From positions 1 to 55,952 of IMG/VR virus record IMGVR_UViG_3300012346_000267: a DNA stretch of 55,952 nucleotides, one strand, 5' to 3'. The translations under genes and the position numbers were made by a program. This DNA comes from a virus. Lineage: Duplodnaviria > Caudoviricetes. Shown here in pieces: positions 47,459 to 55,952 of this stretch; within the stretch, counting starts at the first letter, position 1; each line of letters starts with the position of its first letter. The notes below the pieces were generated by a model. The model was not told where the DNA came from, made no database searches, and was given only the letters and a program-made list of their open reading frames with translations.

Positions 47459-49431
47459 TGTCACATGTGCAGAGTTTACAGCGTGGAGTAGTTACATTAG
47501 ATAGTGATAATACCACCACTGATGTAACCATCTCCACAGTAACTCTTACTAGGGCGTGGTTGAAATGTACTGTCAGAAGTCCTTCTGCTGACCCTCAAGG
47601 ATACCAGTTAGCATATTTTCTTTCTAGTTCCACTAATATACAAATGCGCTTAAGTACAATGACTACTGCTAGTGTAGTTGTTGAATGGGAAGTATGTGAG
47701 TTTACATCCGCCTCTGGTATAACTGTCCAGAGAGGTACATGGACTACTGAAACTTCTATAACCATTAGCGCAGTAACTGTCAGTCAGGCACATGTACAAT
47801 GTAACTTACACATGACTGGTGCTACATTAGGTGCGGACGATTTTGTAAGACCAAAAATTACTGGAACAACTACTTTAACAACTAACGACGGGCAAACTAA
47901 CACAAAGTGGTATGAAATAGTAAACTGGGGAAGTAAAGCCAGTGTTCAACACATAGATATATCTGTCGCTACAACTGATACAGGTACTAAAGACACCACT
48001 ATATCCACCTTAACTAACTATCAAAAAACTATTGTTATCGGTTCTACAGAGTTCGGAGCAGGATTCTTAGGAACTGACTTTGCAAATCTATACTGCACAT
48101 CAAATACTAATCTTAGACATATACGAAGTGGTGGTGCTAGAGCGGCCACTGTAACTGCACAAGTGATTGAATTTGTAGACGCAAATATATCTGTCCAACA
48201 ATTTAATACCAATACATTAGGAACAGCGACTACATCACTTGCCGTTACACTATCCACAGTAGACACTACTAAAACAGTATTGATACCTACATCTTCTTTA
48301 TACTGGTGGGCAAGAAGTGATGGTGCTAATGATATAGGTGGGCACTTTTGTGTCACATACAAATTAACAAACTCCACCACTGCAACCTTAGAAAAAGCTA
48401 GTACTGGCCAAACTACAATTGCAAGTTTTGCTTCATTGTCATTTCCTACCTTTTCAGTAGCTACAACTTCTACTAGCACCTTAGCAATTACATGTACCGC
48501 TAATATTTCTGGAGTAATAGCCGGTGCTACTGTCACTAATGTATCTTCCGACAAAGCAAATGCTACCTATACAACTGGTGAAGAGATATACATATCTGTA
48601 GAATTTAATAGAGCAGTAATTGCTACTGGAACACCTCAATTAAATTTAGCTGTAAAATCTGGTGGGTACTTAGTTAATAGAGTTGCAATGAAAACACCAA
48701 TAGATGTAGTACCTATGGCAGTATGGTATGATGCTTCAGATACATCGTCTATAACTCAATCAGGAGGATTTGCTTCGCAGTGGAATGACAAGTCCACTAA
48801 TGGTAGACACCTTGTGCAAGCTACTGAAAGTAAAAAACCTTCGTATGGTGTTAGATACATCAATGGATTACATGCACTAGAATTTCATTTGGCCGGTTTT
48901 GATTGTATGTCTACATCTGCCGCCTTTACTGCTATTAATTCGAGTGCGTATTCTATATTTGCAGTTATTGTATACGATACTGCTCCCGGTTATTTTGTTG
49001 GAACAAATCAACCCGGCAACTTTTCTGGTTTACATACTGGATACCGCAGTTCAACGCAATATACATTAGATCATTACAATGCTGGAGCCGATATAACAGT
49101 AACCCCTATTACTGGAACACCAACACTATTCAATCCTCAGTTTGATAACATAGGTTCAAACATAAGAATAAATGGAGTTAGTATTGGTAGTAGTGGTAGT
49201 TTTCCAGCAACTGCATTAGCAGTAACTACAGGAGTATTGAATGTTGGGGCAGGGCACGAACAGACCAGCGGTACATTAGATGGAGCTATAGGCGAGCTAT
49301 GTATATATGTAGGAGCTTTAAGCCAAGCAAATAGAGAACAGATCGAAGGTATACTAGCGCATAAATGGGGTATTGCAGGCTCGCTAAATTCTGGCCATCC
49401 ATACAAAAATCGTCCACCATTGGTAAGTTAA
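47458..49431 (+). CDS. Thr-rich virion appendage protein with a half Ig-like domain and a C-terminal LamG/ConA-like domain
   Basis: Repeated (S/T)VQ-x modules; WYDASD...WNDKS...GAIGELCIY...[11 protein letters not shown]...HPYK lectin-like domain. Confidence 0.7.
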   Translation: MSHVQSLQRGVVTLDSDNTTTDVTISTVTLTRAWLKCTVRSPSADPQGYQLAYFLSSSTNIQMRLSTMTTASVVVEWEVCEFTSASGITVQRGTWTTETSITISAVTVSQAHVQCNLHMTGATLGADDFVRPKITGTTTLTTNDGQTNTKWYEIVNWGSKASVQHIDISVATTDTGTKDTTISTLTNYQKTIVIGSTEFGAGFLGTDFANLYCTSNTNLRHIRSGGARAATVTAQVIEFVDANISVQQFNTNTLGTATTSLAVTLSTVDTTKTVLIPTSSLYWWARSDGANDIGGHFCVTYKLTNSTTATLEKASTGQTTIASFASLSFPTFSVATTSTSTLAITCTANISGVIAGATVTNVSSDKANATYTTGEEIYISVEFNRAVIATGTPQLNLAVKSGGYLVNRVAMKTPIDVVPMAVWYDASDTSSITQSGGFASQWNDKSTNGRHLVQATESKKPSYGVRYINGLHALEFHLAGFDCMSTSAAFTAINSSAYSIFAVIVYDTAPGYFVGTNQPGNFSGLHTGYRSSTQYTLDHYNAGADITVTPITGTPTLFNPQFDNIGSNIRINGVSIGSSGSFPATALAVTTGVLNVGAGHEQTSGTLDGAIGELCIYVGALSQANREQIEGILAHKWGIAGSLNSGHPYKNRPPLVS

Positions 49432-49432
49432 C

Positions 49433-52400
49433 ATGTCAACTAAGATTTGGTTCAAATACATAGTACAGGCTGGAGATAACTCTGGAGATTTAGATTATGT
49501 AAATACATCCTCGCTCACATTAAATGGCGGTACTATTGTAAATGGTCAAGGTGGTGCAAATGCTACCCTTACCTTACCAGCTCCTTCTGCTTCAGGTTCA
49601 CTGGGAGCTAATAAGGCAATTGTAATAAGCACTACATCACCTGGATTTATGACCAGTACATCTACACTGGCCATTACTACTTCAGCCAATATATCTTCAT
49701 TAAGGAATCTTACCAGTACATCAACATTAGCCATTACTAGCAGTAGTACTATTAGTGCTAATGGCAATATTATATTATCCTCTATACTAGCAATAACTGG
49801 AACTGCTAGTATATTAGCTAAAGGAAATCTGACAAGTACATCTACTCTTTCAGTAGTAGGTACTTCAAATATTATTGGCAATACATCATTAATTTCTACC
49901 TCTTTACTAGCTGTCACAAGTAGTGCTAATGTATCTGCTAAAGGTAATATTAGTTCTACCTCTACTCTATCAATAAACACTACTACCAATATATCTTCAT
50001 TAAGAAATATTACTTCTACTTCGACTCTAGCAATTACTGGTAGTGCTAATATATCTGGTGAAGGTAATGTAGTTACTTCTACAATACTTGCCATCACTGG
50101 TAGTGCTAATATATCAGCAAAAGGAAATCTAGTAAGTACATCCACTATGTCTATTAGTGGAACCGCAAATATGTCCGCTCTTGGGAATGTGGTTGTGGCA
50201 TCTATACTAGAATTGGTTGGTAATGCTAGTATATCTGCCAAAGGTAATATTACAAGTACATCTTCTTTATCAATTACTGGAACCTCAAATATTACTGGAA
50301 GTACTGGAACTACTTTTACCTCTACCTTGTCAATCTCAGGAACTGCTAATATATCTTCGCTAAGAAATTTAGTAAGTACATCGACGCTTTCTATCAATAC
50401 TACCGCCAATGTATCGGCTAAAGGTAACTTAGTAAGTACATCTACTTTCGCAATTACCGGTAGTAGTATTATTAGTGGTAGTACTGGTACTGTTTCTTCA
50501 TCTATACTATCTATTGTTGGTAGTGCTAATATATCTTCCCTAAGGAATATCACTTCCACTTCAACCCTATCAATTACTACTTCAGCCAATATATCTTCAT
50601 TAAGGAATCTTACCAGTACATCAACATTAGCCATTACTAGCAGTAGTACTATTAGTGCTAATGGCAATATTATATTATCCTCTATACTAGCAATAACTGG
50701 AACTGCTAGTATATTAGCTAAAGGAAATCTGACAAGTACATCTACTCTTTCAGTAGTAGGTACTTCAAATATTATTGGCAATACATCATTAATTTCTACC
50801 TCTTTACTAGCTGTCACAAGTAGTGCTAATGTATCTGCTAAAGGTAATATTAGTTCTACCTCTACTCTATCAATAAACACTACTACCAATATATCTTCAT
50901 TAAGAAATATTACTTCTACTTCGACTCTAGCAATTACTGGTAGTGCTAATATATCTGGTGAAGGTAATGTAGTTACTTCTACAATACTTGCCATCACTGG
51001 TAGTGCTAATATATCAGCAAAAGGAAATCTAGTAAGTACATCCACTATGTCTATTAGTGGAACCGCAAATATGTCCGCTCTTGGGAATGTGGTTGTGGCA
51101 TCTATACTAGAATTGGTTGGTAATGCTAGTATATCTGCCAAAGGTAATATTACAAGTACATCTTCTTTATCAATTACTGGAACCTCAAATATTACTGGAA
51201 GTACTGGAACTACTTTTACCTCTACCTTGTCAATCTCAGGAACTGCTAATATATCTTCGCTAAGAAATTTAGTAAGTACATCGACGCTTTCTATCAATAC
51301 TACCGCCAATGTATCGGCTAAAGGTAACTTAGTAAGTACATCTACTTTCGCAATTACCGGTAGTAGTATTATTAGTGGTAGTACTGGTACTGTTTCTTCA
51401 TCTATACTATCTATTGTTGGTAGTGCTAATATATCTTCCCTAAGGAATATCACTTCCACTTCAACCCTATCAATTACTACTTCAGCCAATATATCTTCCC
51501 TCAGAAATCTTACCAGTACATCTACACTGGCCATAAATGGAAATGCAAATATATCCTCCCAATCAACTGGTGGAAGTTCGTCTATACTGTCAATTGTTGG
51601 TAGTGCTAATATGTCTGCCAAAGGTAATATTACAAGCACATCGTCTTTATCAATCAATACTGTTTCTAATATTACTGGTAGAGTAAACCTTAATTCAAAT
51701 GGTACTCTTTCACTAAATGGAACTACTTTAATAAAAGGTATAGGTTCAATACAATCCTCTAGTATTGGTATCGTATTCACTTCAACCAGTACCATTAAAG
51801 GTGTAACAAGTCTATCAAGTGCTTCTTCCTTATTAATCAATGGTAATGGTGTTATTAGAGGAAGTACATCTTTAACAAGTACTAGCAGTATTGTATTTAA
51901 TTCAGTTTCAAATATTGACGGAGTTATATATCTATCTAGCTTAAGTAATTTAAGTATTAATAGTACAAGCAATATTAAAGGCATTGGTAATGTAAGTAGC
52001 ACATCCACTATTAGTATTAATGGTCAAGCACCTATTTCCGCCCTTGCAAATATTTCAAGTTTAAGTACATTAAGAATATCAGGCCTAGCGAATATAAGTG
52101 TCGTAGGTGGTTATCTTCAACTTTCAGGAAATGGTAATGTATATGCTTGCACCAGTATCGGATATATCACTTTCAGGAACCCACAAAGTATGAGAGAGAG
52201 AATTAGAAAAGCTGCTATATATGGATTGAAGAACAATGTCAATCCTGCCAATGGTTACTATTTAAAATTTGGTGAGGTGAACTCTGAAGTAGTAGAACAC
52301 TCACAAAGAAAAGATTACCCATCCGTAGACGCAGTATGGGGAGATGAAGTATATACAAATGAATTTACTGGTGGTCATTCATTAGGACTATACGAAAAGA

Positions 52401-52663
52401 TAGCAGACCTTTTTATTGATGTATGGATAAAAGAATTAGATGGTATGACTACAATGAAAGAAAAAGTAATTGCCGATATAGAAAAATACTTCGGTACTAA
52501 CTATTCTATACCTGATGAAAACGGTAACGGTACTGCTTTCAATTGTATTATATCTAACAATAGACACTTCGGTACAAGAGCTGAAAAGCCTAGAGGTGGA
52601 ATATCTATACTGCTTAAAGTATATTATAGACAACAATTAATAAACCCCAATATAGGAGGATAA
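49433..52663 (+). CDS. Long 20-aa Ser/Thr repeat fibre fused to a C-terminal tail-terminator-like domain
   Basis: Roughly 40 [20 protein letters not shown]-like units; last ~155 aa (MRERIRKA...YPSV...LLKVYY) resemble tail terminators and precede the tail tube gene. Confidence 0.7.
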   Translation: MSTKIWFKYIVQAGDNSGDLDYVNTSSLTLNGGTIVNGQGGANATLTLPAPSASGSLGANKAIVISTTSPGFMTSTSTLAITTSANISSLRNLTSTSTLAITSSSTISANGNIILSSILAITGTASILAKGNLTSTSTLSVVGTSNIIGNTSLISTSLLAVTSSANVSAKGNISSTSTLSINTTTNISSLRNITSTSTLAITGSANISGEGNVVTSTILAITGSANISAKGNLVSTSTMSISGTANMSALGNVVVASILELVGNASISAKGNITSTSSLSITGTSNITGSTGTTFTSTLSISGTANISSLRNLVSTSTLSINTTANVSAKGNLVSTSTFAITGSSIISGSTGTVSSSILSIVGSANISSLRNITSTSTLSITTSANISSLRNLTSTSTLAITSSSTISANGNIILSSILAITGTASILAKGNLTSTSTLSVVGTSNIIGNTSLISTSLLAVTSSANVSAKGNISSTSTLSINTTTNISSLRNITSTSTLAITGSANISGEGNVVTSTILAITGSANISAKGNLVSTSTMSISGTANMSALGNVVVASILELVGNASISAKGNITSTSSLSITGTSNITGSTGTTFTSTLSISGTANISSLRNLVSTSTLSINTTANVSAKGNLVSTSTFAITGSSIISGSTGTVSSSILSIVGSANISSLRNITSTSTLSITTSANISSLRNLTSTSTLAINGNANISSQSTGGSSSILSIVGSANMSAKGNITSTSSLSINTVSNITGRVNLNSNGTLSLNGTTLIKGIGSIQSSSIGIVFTSTSTIKGVTSLSSASSLLINGNGVIRGSTSLTSTSSIVFNSVSNIDGVIYLSSLSNLSINSTSNIKGIGNVSSTSTISINGQAPISALANISSLSTLRISGLANISVVGGYLQLSGNGNVYACTSIGYITFRNPQSMRERIRKAAIYGLKNNVNPANGYYLKFGEVNSEVVEHSQRKDYPSVDAVWGDEVYTNEFTGGHSLGLYEKIADLFIDVWIKELDGMTTMKEKVIADIEKYFGTNYSIPDENGNGTAFNCIISNNRHFGTRAEKPRGGISILLKVYYRQQLINPNIGG
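49673..51498 (+). repeat. Apparently exact 900-bp tandem duplication
   Basis: 49673-50598 matches 50573-51498 line for line. Confidence 0.95.
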
Positions 52664-52664
52664 T

Positions 52665-53669
52665 ATGTTCTTAGTTGAAAAAACTGGAATTATCATTGGT
52701 ACTGAAACTACCCCATATACAGCAGAGACTCTAACCAGTGCTGATTACAATTTAGGCGTTAGAGACCTAACATACTCACATGAAATTGCAGAGTATAAAC
52801 GAAAAATTTTGCTACATACATTAGACCAACAAAGGTCAGTGATGGGAGCAAGGACTGGTAAGGTTGGATTTAAAGTAGATATGTATCCAGCAGCTACACC
52901 TAATGCCGAACCAGCTTGGAGTAAATTACTACAAGCCTGTGGATACAAAGCAGTAGGATGGAATAACAATACTGTAGTAGATGTATCCGCCGCAGTGGAT
53001 GGTATATCGTGGTTTCCTCATGCTGATATGACTCACTCACCAGTATCAATACTAATAGAAGAATTAGAGGAAGGTACATCACCTGATGGACTTCGTCTTG
53101 GTTTTTCTGGGATGGTAGGCGAAGTTAGTTTTAGTATTGGCACTGTAGGTGAACCAGTACAAGCTAATTTTGAATTTCAAGGAGCTTGGCCATTAATTCA
53201 AGACTTTATATACGCAAATAGATTAGTTCCTACTAATGTATCTGACATAACTCCACCTTCAGTGATGGGAGCAACTGCACTTGTCAATAGTATAAATCAA
53301 GACTTCGACTCATTTGAAATCGTTACCGGTAATGATATACAACTGTGGAAAGCCCCTCAAGCTAGTGGCGGTGTTGTTGGTGCATACATCGCTGGAAGGT
53401 CTTCTACTATTAGTATTGACCCTAATGCTAAATTACTATCACAAGTTGGATTTTATTCAGATTGGATTGGTCAAACTTTACGGGCTATACAAATTACCTT
53501 ATCCTCTGCCCCTGCCCTATCATTCAACATGAATAAGGCCCAGTATATATCTGTCGCTCCTGATGCTCGCAATGGTGCTAGAACTCATAAAATGAATTTT
53601 TTATTGACTGGTTCTGCAAGCGAAACTGGAAACGATTCCTTTGAAATACTACAAGGTGCAAGAACTTAA
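52665..53669 (+). CDS. Major tail tube protein
   Basis: ETTPY N-terminus, LLQACG, GEVSFSI...FEFQG; sits between terminator-like domain and chaperone. Confidence 0.8.
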   Translation: MFLVEKTGIIIGTETTPYTAETLTSADYNLGVRDLTYSHEIAEYKRKILLHTLDQQRSVMGARTGKVGFKVDMYPAATPNAEPAWSKLLQACGYKAVGWNNNTVVDVSAAVDGISWFPHADMTHSPVSILIEELEEGTSPDGLRLGFSGMVGEVSFSIGTVGEPVQANFEFQGAWPLIQDFIYANRLVPTNVSDITPPSVMGATALVNSINQDFDSFEIVTGNDIQLWKAPQASGGVVGAYIAGRSSTISIDPNAKLLSQVGFYSDWIGQTLRAIQITLSSAPALSFNMNKAQYISVAPDARNGARTHKMNFLLTGSASETGNDSFEILQGART

Positions 53670-53700
53670 TCAACACTAACAATTAATCCAAGGAGCCAAC

Positions 53701-54162
53701 ATGGATTTGAAAGAAGAAAACAGAATTTTTTCCCCAGAGGAAATTCAAAAATTAAAAGGATATATGGGATTCTCTTCAGAGGATTCCTTTCTATATACGC
53801 CAAAGATATATAGAGCAGTATTCCCAGAGAATAAAGACAAGTGGCCAGTATTTAAACTAAGAGGTTTGAATGGGTATCAAGTTGCGAAAGCTCAAGACGA
53901 TGTCGGTGTATATAGTCCGGGAACTGATAAAATGCAGTTCAATACTGGTGCGCAAAGGATTAAAACTATTGAGAGCAATGTACTTGGCTGGAAAAACTTA
54001 TTTGGTATGGATGGTAAAGAAATCCTTTTCAAACAGAATGGTCAGAAGGTACATATACAATGTATTGAAAAACTACCAGCCCCTTTACAAATGGAACTTC
54101 ACGAGGCTATTAATGAAAGGTCTTATCTTAACCATGAGGAACTGGAGGGTTTAGAATTTTAG
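53701..54162 (+). CDS. Tail assembly chaperone (gpG-like)
   Basis: Between tube and TMP; LGWKNL motif; slippery site near the 3' end. Confidence 0.8.
   Translation: MDLKEENRIFSPEEIQKLKGYMGFSSEDSFLYTPKIYRAVFPENKDKWPVFKLRGLNGYQVAKAQDDVGVYSPGTDKMQFNTGAQRIKTIESNVLGWKNLFGMDGKEILFKQNGQKVHIQCIEKLPAPLQMELHEAINERSYLNHEELEGLEF
54147..54153 (+). other. -1 programmed ribosomal frameshift site G GGT TTA
   Basis: X XXY YYZ heptamer in the correct phase; the -1 frame is open from here to TAG 54488. Confidence 0.85.
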
Positions 54163-54488
54163 CGGGCTATCACTCAGGAGCCATACCATCCGCTCCATGT
54201 ATGGTTTGTGGCACTGACGATAAAATAGCTGAATCTAGAGGATGTAAAGGCCAACCCGCACCTAAACCAGTTATAGTTGAAGTATATGAAGGAAGAAAAA
54301 TTAAATACTGGAATTGCCCTAGAAAGTTTATTCCAAAGCAAATACTGGCTTGGTTTGATAAATACAAATATCATACCAAGTTTCAAGGTGCTACGATGGA
54401 AAAGTATGAAGATCAAATGTATAGATTCATTCAAGCGTGTAATGTATATGAGATGTGCCTAGCACAATTTGAAAAGGAAAAAAGGTAG
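54147..54488 (+). CDS. Frameshift extension of the tail chaperone (gpGT-like)
   Basis: -1 frame reads RILAGYHSGAIPSAPCMVCG...; includes the track ORF 54201..54488. Confidence 0.75.
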   Translation, partial: GFRILAGYHSGAIPSAPCMVCGTDDKIAESRGCKGQPAPKPVIVEVYEGRKIKYWNCPRKFIPKQILAWFDKYKYHTKFQGATMEKYEDQMYRFIQACNVYEMCLAQFEKEKR

Positions 54489-54493
54489 TATGT

Positions 54494-55952
54494 ATGGCCA
54501 GTGGTGGTGATGAAGAATTAACAGTGGTAGCTAGGTTAGTAGACCTAGTTACACCACAACTAAAAGCAATGGCCATGGAAGCCAGTAAGTTCACTGCCAA
54601 AATTAGTGAAGGACTGGGAGTAGCAAAGAAAAAATTTTCCGAGTTTAAAGATTCAGTATTGACTATTAGTAATGCCATAAAAGGCTTCGTAGCAATACAG
54701 TTTGCTGGATGGATATATAATCAAGTAAAAGCAATAGCCACAATGGCTGACAGTATACGGGATACATCGAATAGATTAGGTATAGCTACCGACGACCTCC
54801 AGAAATTGCAGTATGCCGCAAAGCTAACAGGTATGGAAGTCGAAGCCCTTGATATGGTAATTACAAGGTTCAATGTATCTGTATCCGACGCTTCTAAAGG
54901 CAATGCAGAGGCATTGAATAAATTTAAAGCATTAGGTGTTAGTATAGCTAATACTGATGGAACATTAAAAGATACTGCTACATTATTTTCCGATGTGGCC
55001 GAAGGTATATCTAAAATCAATAGCCCTGCACAACAAGCTGGATTAGCTTCAGATATATTCGGAAGAGGTGTTGTAAGACTACTGCCATTATTAAAACAAG
55101 GTAAAGAAGGTATAAAACAATTTGGGGACGAAGCTGAAAGACTAGGTATAGTTATCTCAGAAGAATCTATACAATCTGCGGAAATGTTTAATGATTCATT
55201 AGACAGATTAAATAAACGATTAGATGGTGCAAAGATTAAAGCATTGACACCTCTACTGGATGCCCTTACTGATGCCTTCGACCAATCAGTAGAAGCAATG
55301 TCCACAGTCAATACATCCAAGTTCAATGATGGCTTAGGTGATTCAGTAAATGTAATGAAAGTATTTATTGACTCTTTATTAATTGGGTGGGAGACAATTA
55401 AAATAATATTTAATCAACTCTCTGGAATGTTACTCACTTACTTTATAGAACCTGTAGTATTGTCTTTTAAAACTGTCTCTACTATAGATAGTAAAGGTAT
55501 GGCCGGTTTTTGGCAAGCTATTAGAGGATATATATCTGGATCGGCAAATACTGTAAAAGATTTGTTTAATGAGGTTGGTAATGATACTGTCAATACTGCT
55601 AAAAGAATGGGTAATGAGTTTGTAGCAACACAAGAGCAAACCATACAAAGTATAGAGAAGATAAAAAAACTAGCTGAAAACATAGGTAAACCTAGTGATA
55701 AAAAAGGACTGAAACCAAAGCCTAATACTGAAACTGACAAAGTAACTGAAGTAGATACATCGGCTGAAAGTGCTGACAAGCAAGCAAAGATCGAAGCCGC
55801 AAAAAGATTGAATGAAGAATTATTAATAATAAATATGAAAGGTGATGAACAAAAACTTGCCCAATTGGAACTCTGGAGAAAAGATCAAATGGCAATTCTA
55901 GTAGCTGGCGGTATGGATACTGTAGCTTTAGAACAAGCTGTCAATACAAAGG
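54494..55952 (+). CDS. Tape measure protein, N-terminal part (runs off the window end)
   Basis: ATG 54494, MASGGDEELTVVARLVD...SNRLGIATDDLQKLQYAAKLTG...; no stop seen to the window end; missing from the ORF track because it has no stop codon. Confidence 0.88.
   Translation, partial: MASGGDEELTVVARLVDLVTPQLKAMAMEASKFTAKISEGLGVAKKKFSEFKDSVLTISNAIKGFVAIQFAGWIYNQVKAIATMADSIRDTSNRLGIATDDLQKLQYAAKLTGMEVEALDMVITRFNVSVSDASKGNAEALNKFKALGVSIANTDGTLKDTATLFSDVAEGISKINSPAQQAGLASDIFGRGVVRLLPLLKQGKEGIKQFGDEAERLGIVISEESIQSAEMFNDSLDRLNKRLDGAKIKALTPLLDALTDAFDQSVEAMSTVNTSKFNDGLGDSVNVMKVFIDSLLIGWETIKIIFNQLSGMLLTYFIEPVVLSFKTVSTIDSKGMAGFWQAIRGYISGSANTVKDLFNEVGNDTVNTAKRMGNEFVATQEQTIQSIEKIKKLAENIGKPSDKKGLKPKPNTETDKVTEVDTSAESADKQAKIEAAKRLNEELLIINMKGDEQKLAQLELWRKDQMAILVAGGMDTVALEQAVNTK

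Noticed and set aside
49546-52008. 820-aa minus-strand ORF
   Set aside because: Antisense shadow of the Ser/Thr/Ile repeat gene; no independent features
1-55952. Alternative genetic code, tRNA genes, integrase/att sites, and minus-strand ORFs generally
   Set aside because: Standard code gives dense, coupled + strand genes using all three stop codons; no cloverleaf or recombinase motifs recognised; minus-strand ORFs overlap better-supported + strand genes

Overview
This window looks like an essentially complete, circularly permuted genome (~55.95 kb) of an AT-rich tailed phage with HK97-type head genes and siphovirus-type tail genes. The tape-measure gene runs off the right end (from 54494) and resumes at position 1; the junction is in frame if the last G and first G are the same base. 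All credible genes are on the + strand. Order: tail tip, fibre and a glycosyltransferase (1-8964); replication and recombination genes (SNF2-like helicase, RuvC, Cas4-like nuclease, Sak4-like ATPase, SSB, PolA, primase-helicase; 9363-18823); an accessory region (19171-30678) with MoxR/CobS-like ATPase, VWA-like partner, many small ORFs and a class-3 lipase; a repeat-rich non-coding block (30680-31715); a 7-deazaguanine DNA-modification cluster (31716-36875); then terminase, head and tail genes. I saw no integrase, repressor, tRNA or CRISPR array. Three things stand out. (1) Three type I hammerhead ribozymes, two with the compensatory U3-A8 core, each sit just upstream of a gene at the start of the accessory region. 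(2) The deazaguanine cluster lacks QueC but has DpdA, a DpdL-like T-fold protein, a GT-B glycosyltransferase, a cysteine-motif-less QueE look-alike and a PRTase-FolE fusion, which suggests an uncharacterised, possibly glycosylated guanine modification. (3) The hexamer ATACAT/ATGTAT is strongly over-represented and forms an array just upstream of that cluster. All protein calls come from reading motifs by eye; no database searches were run.
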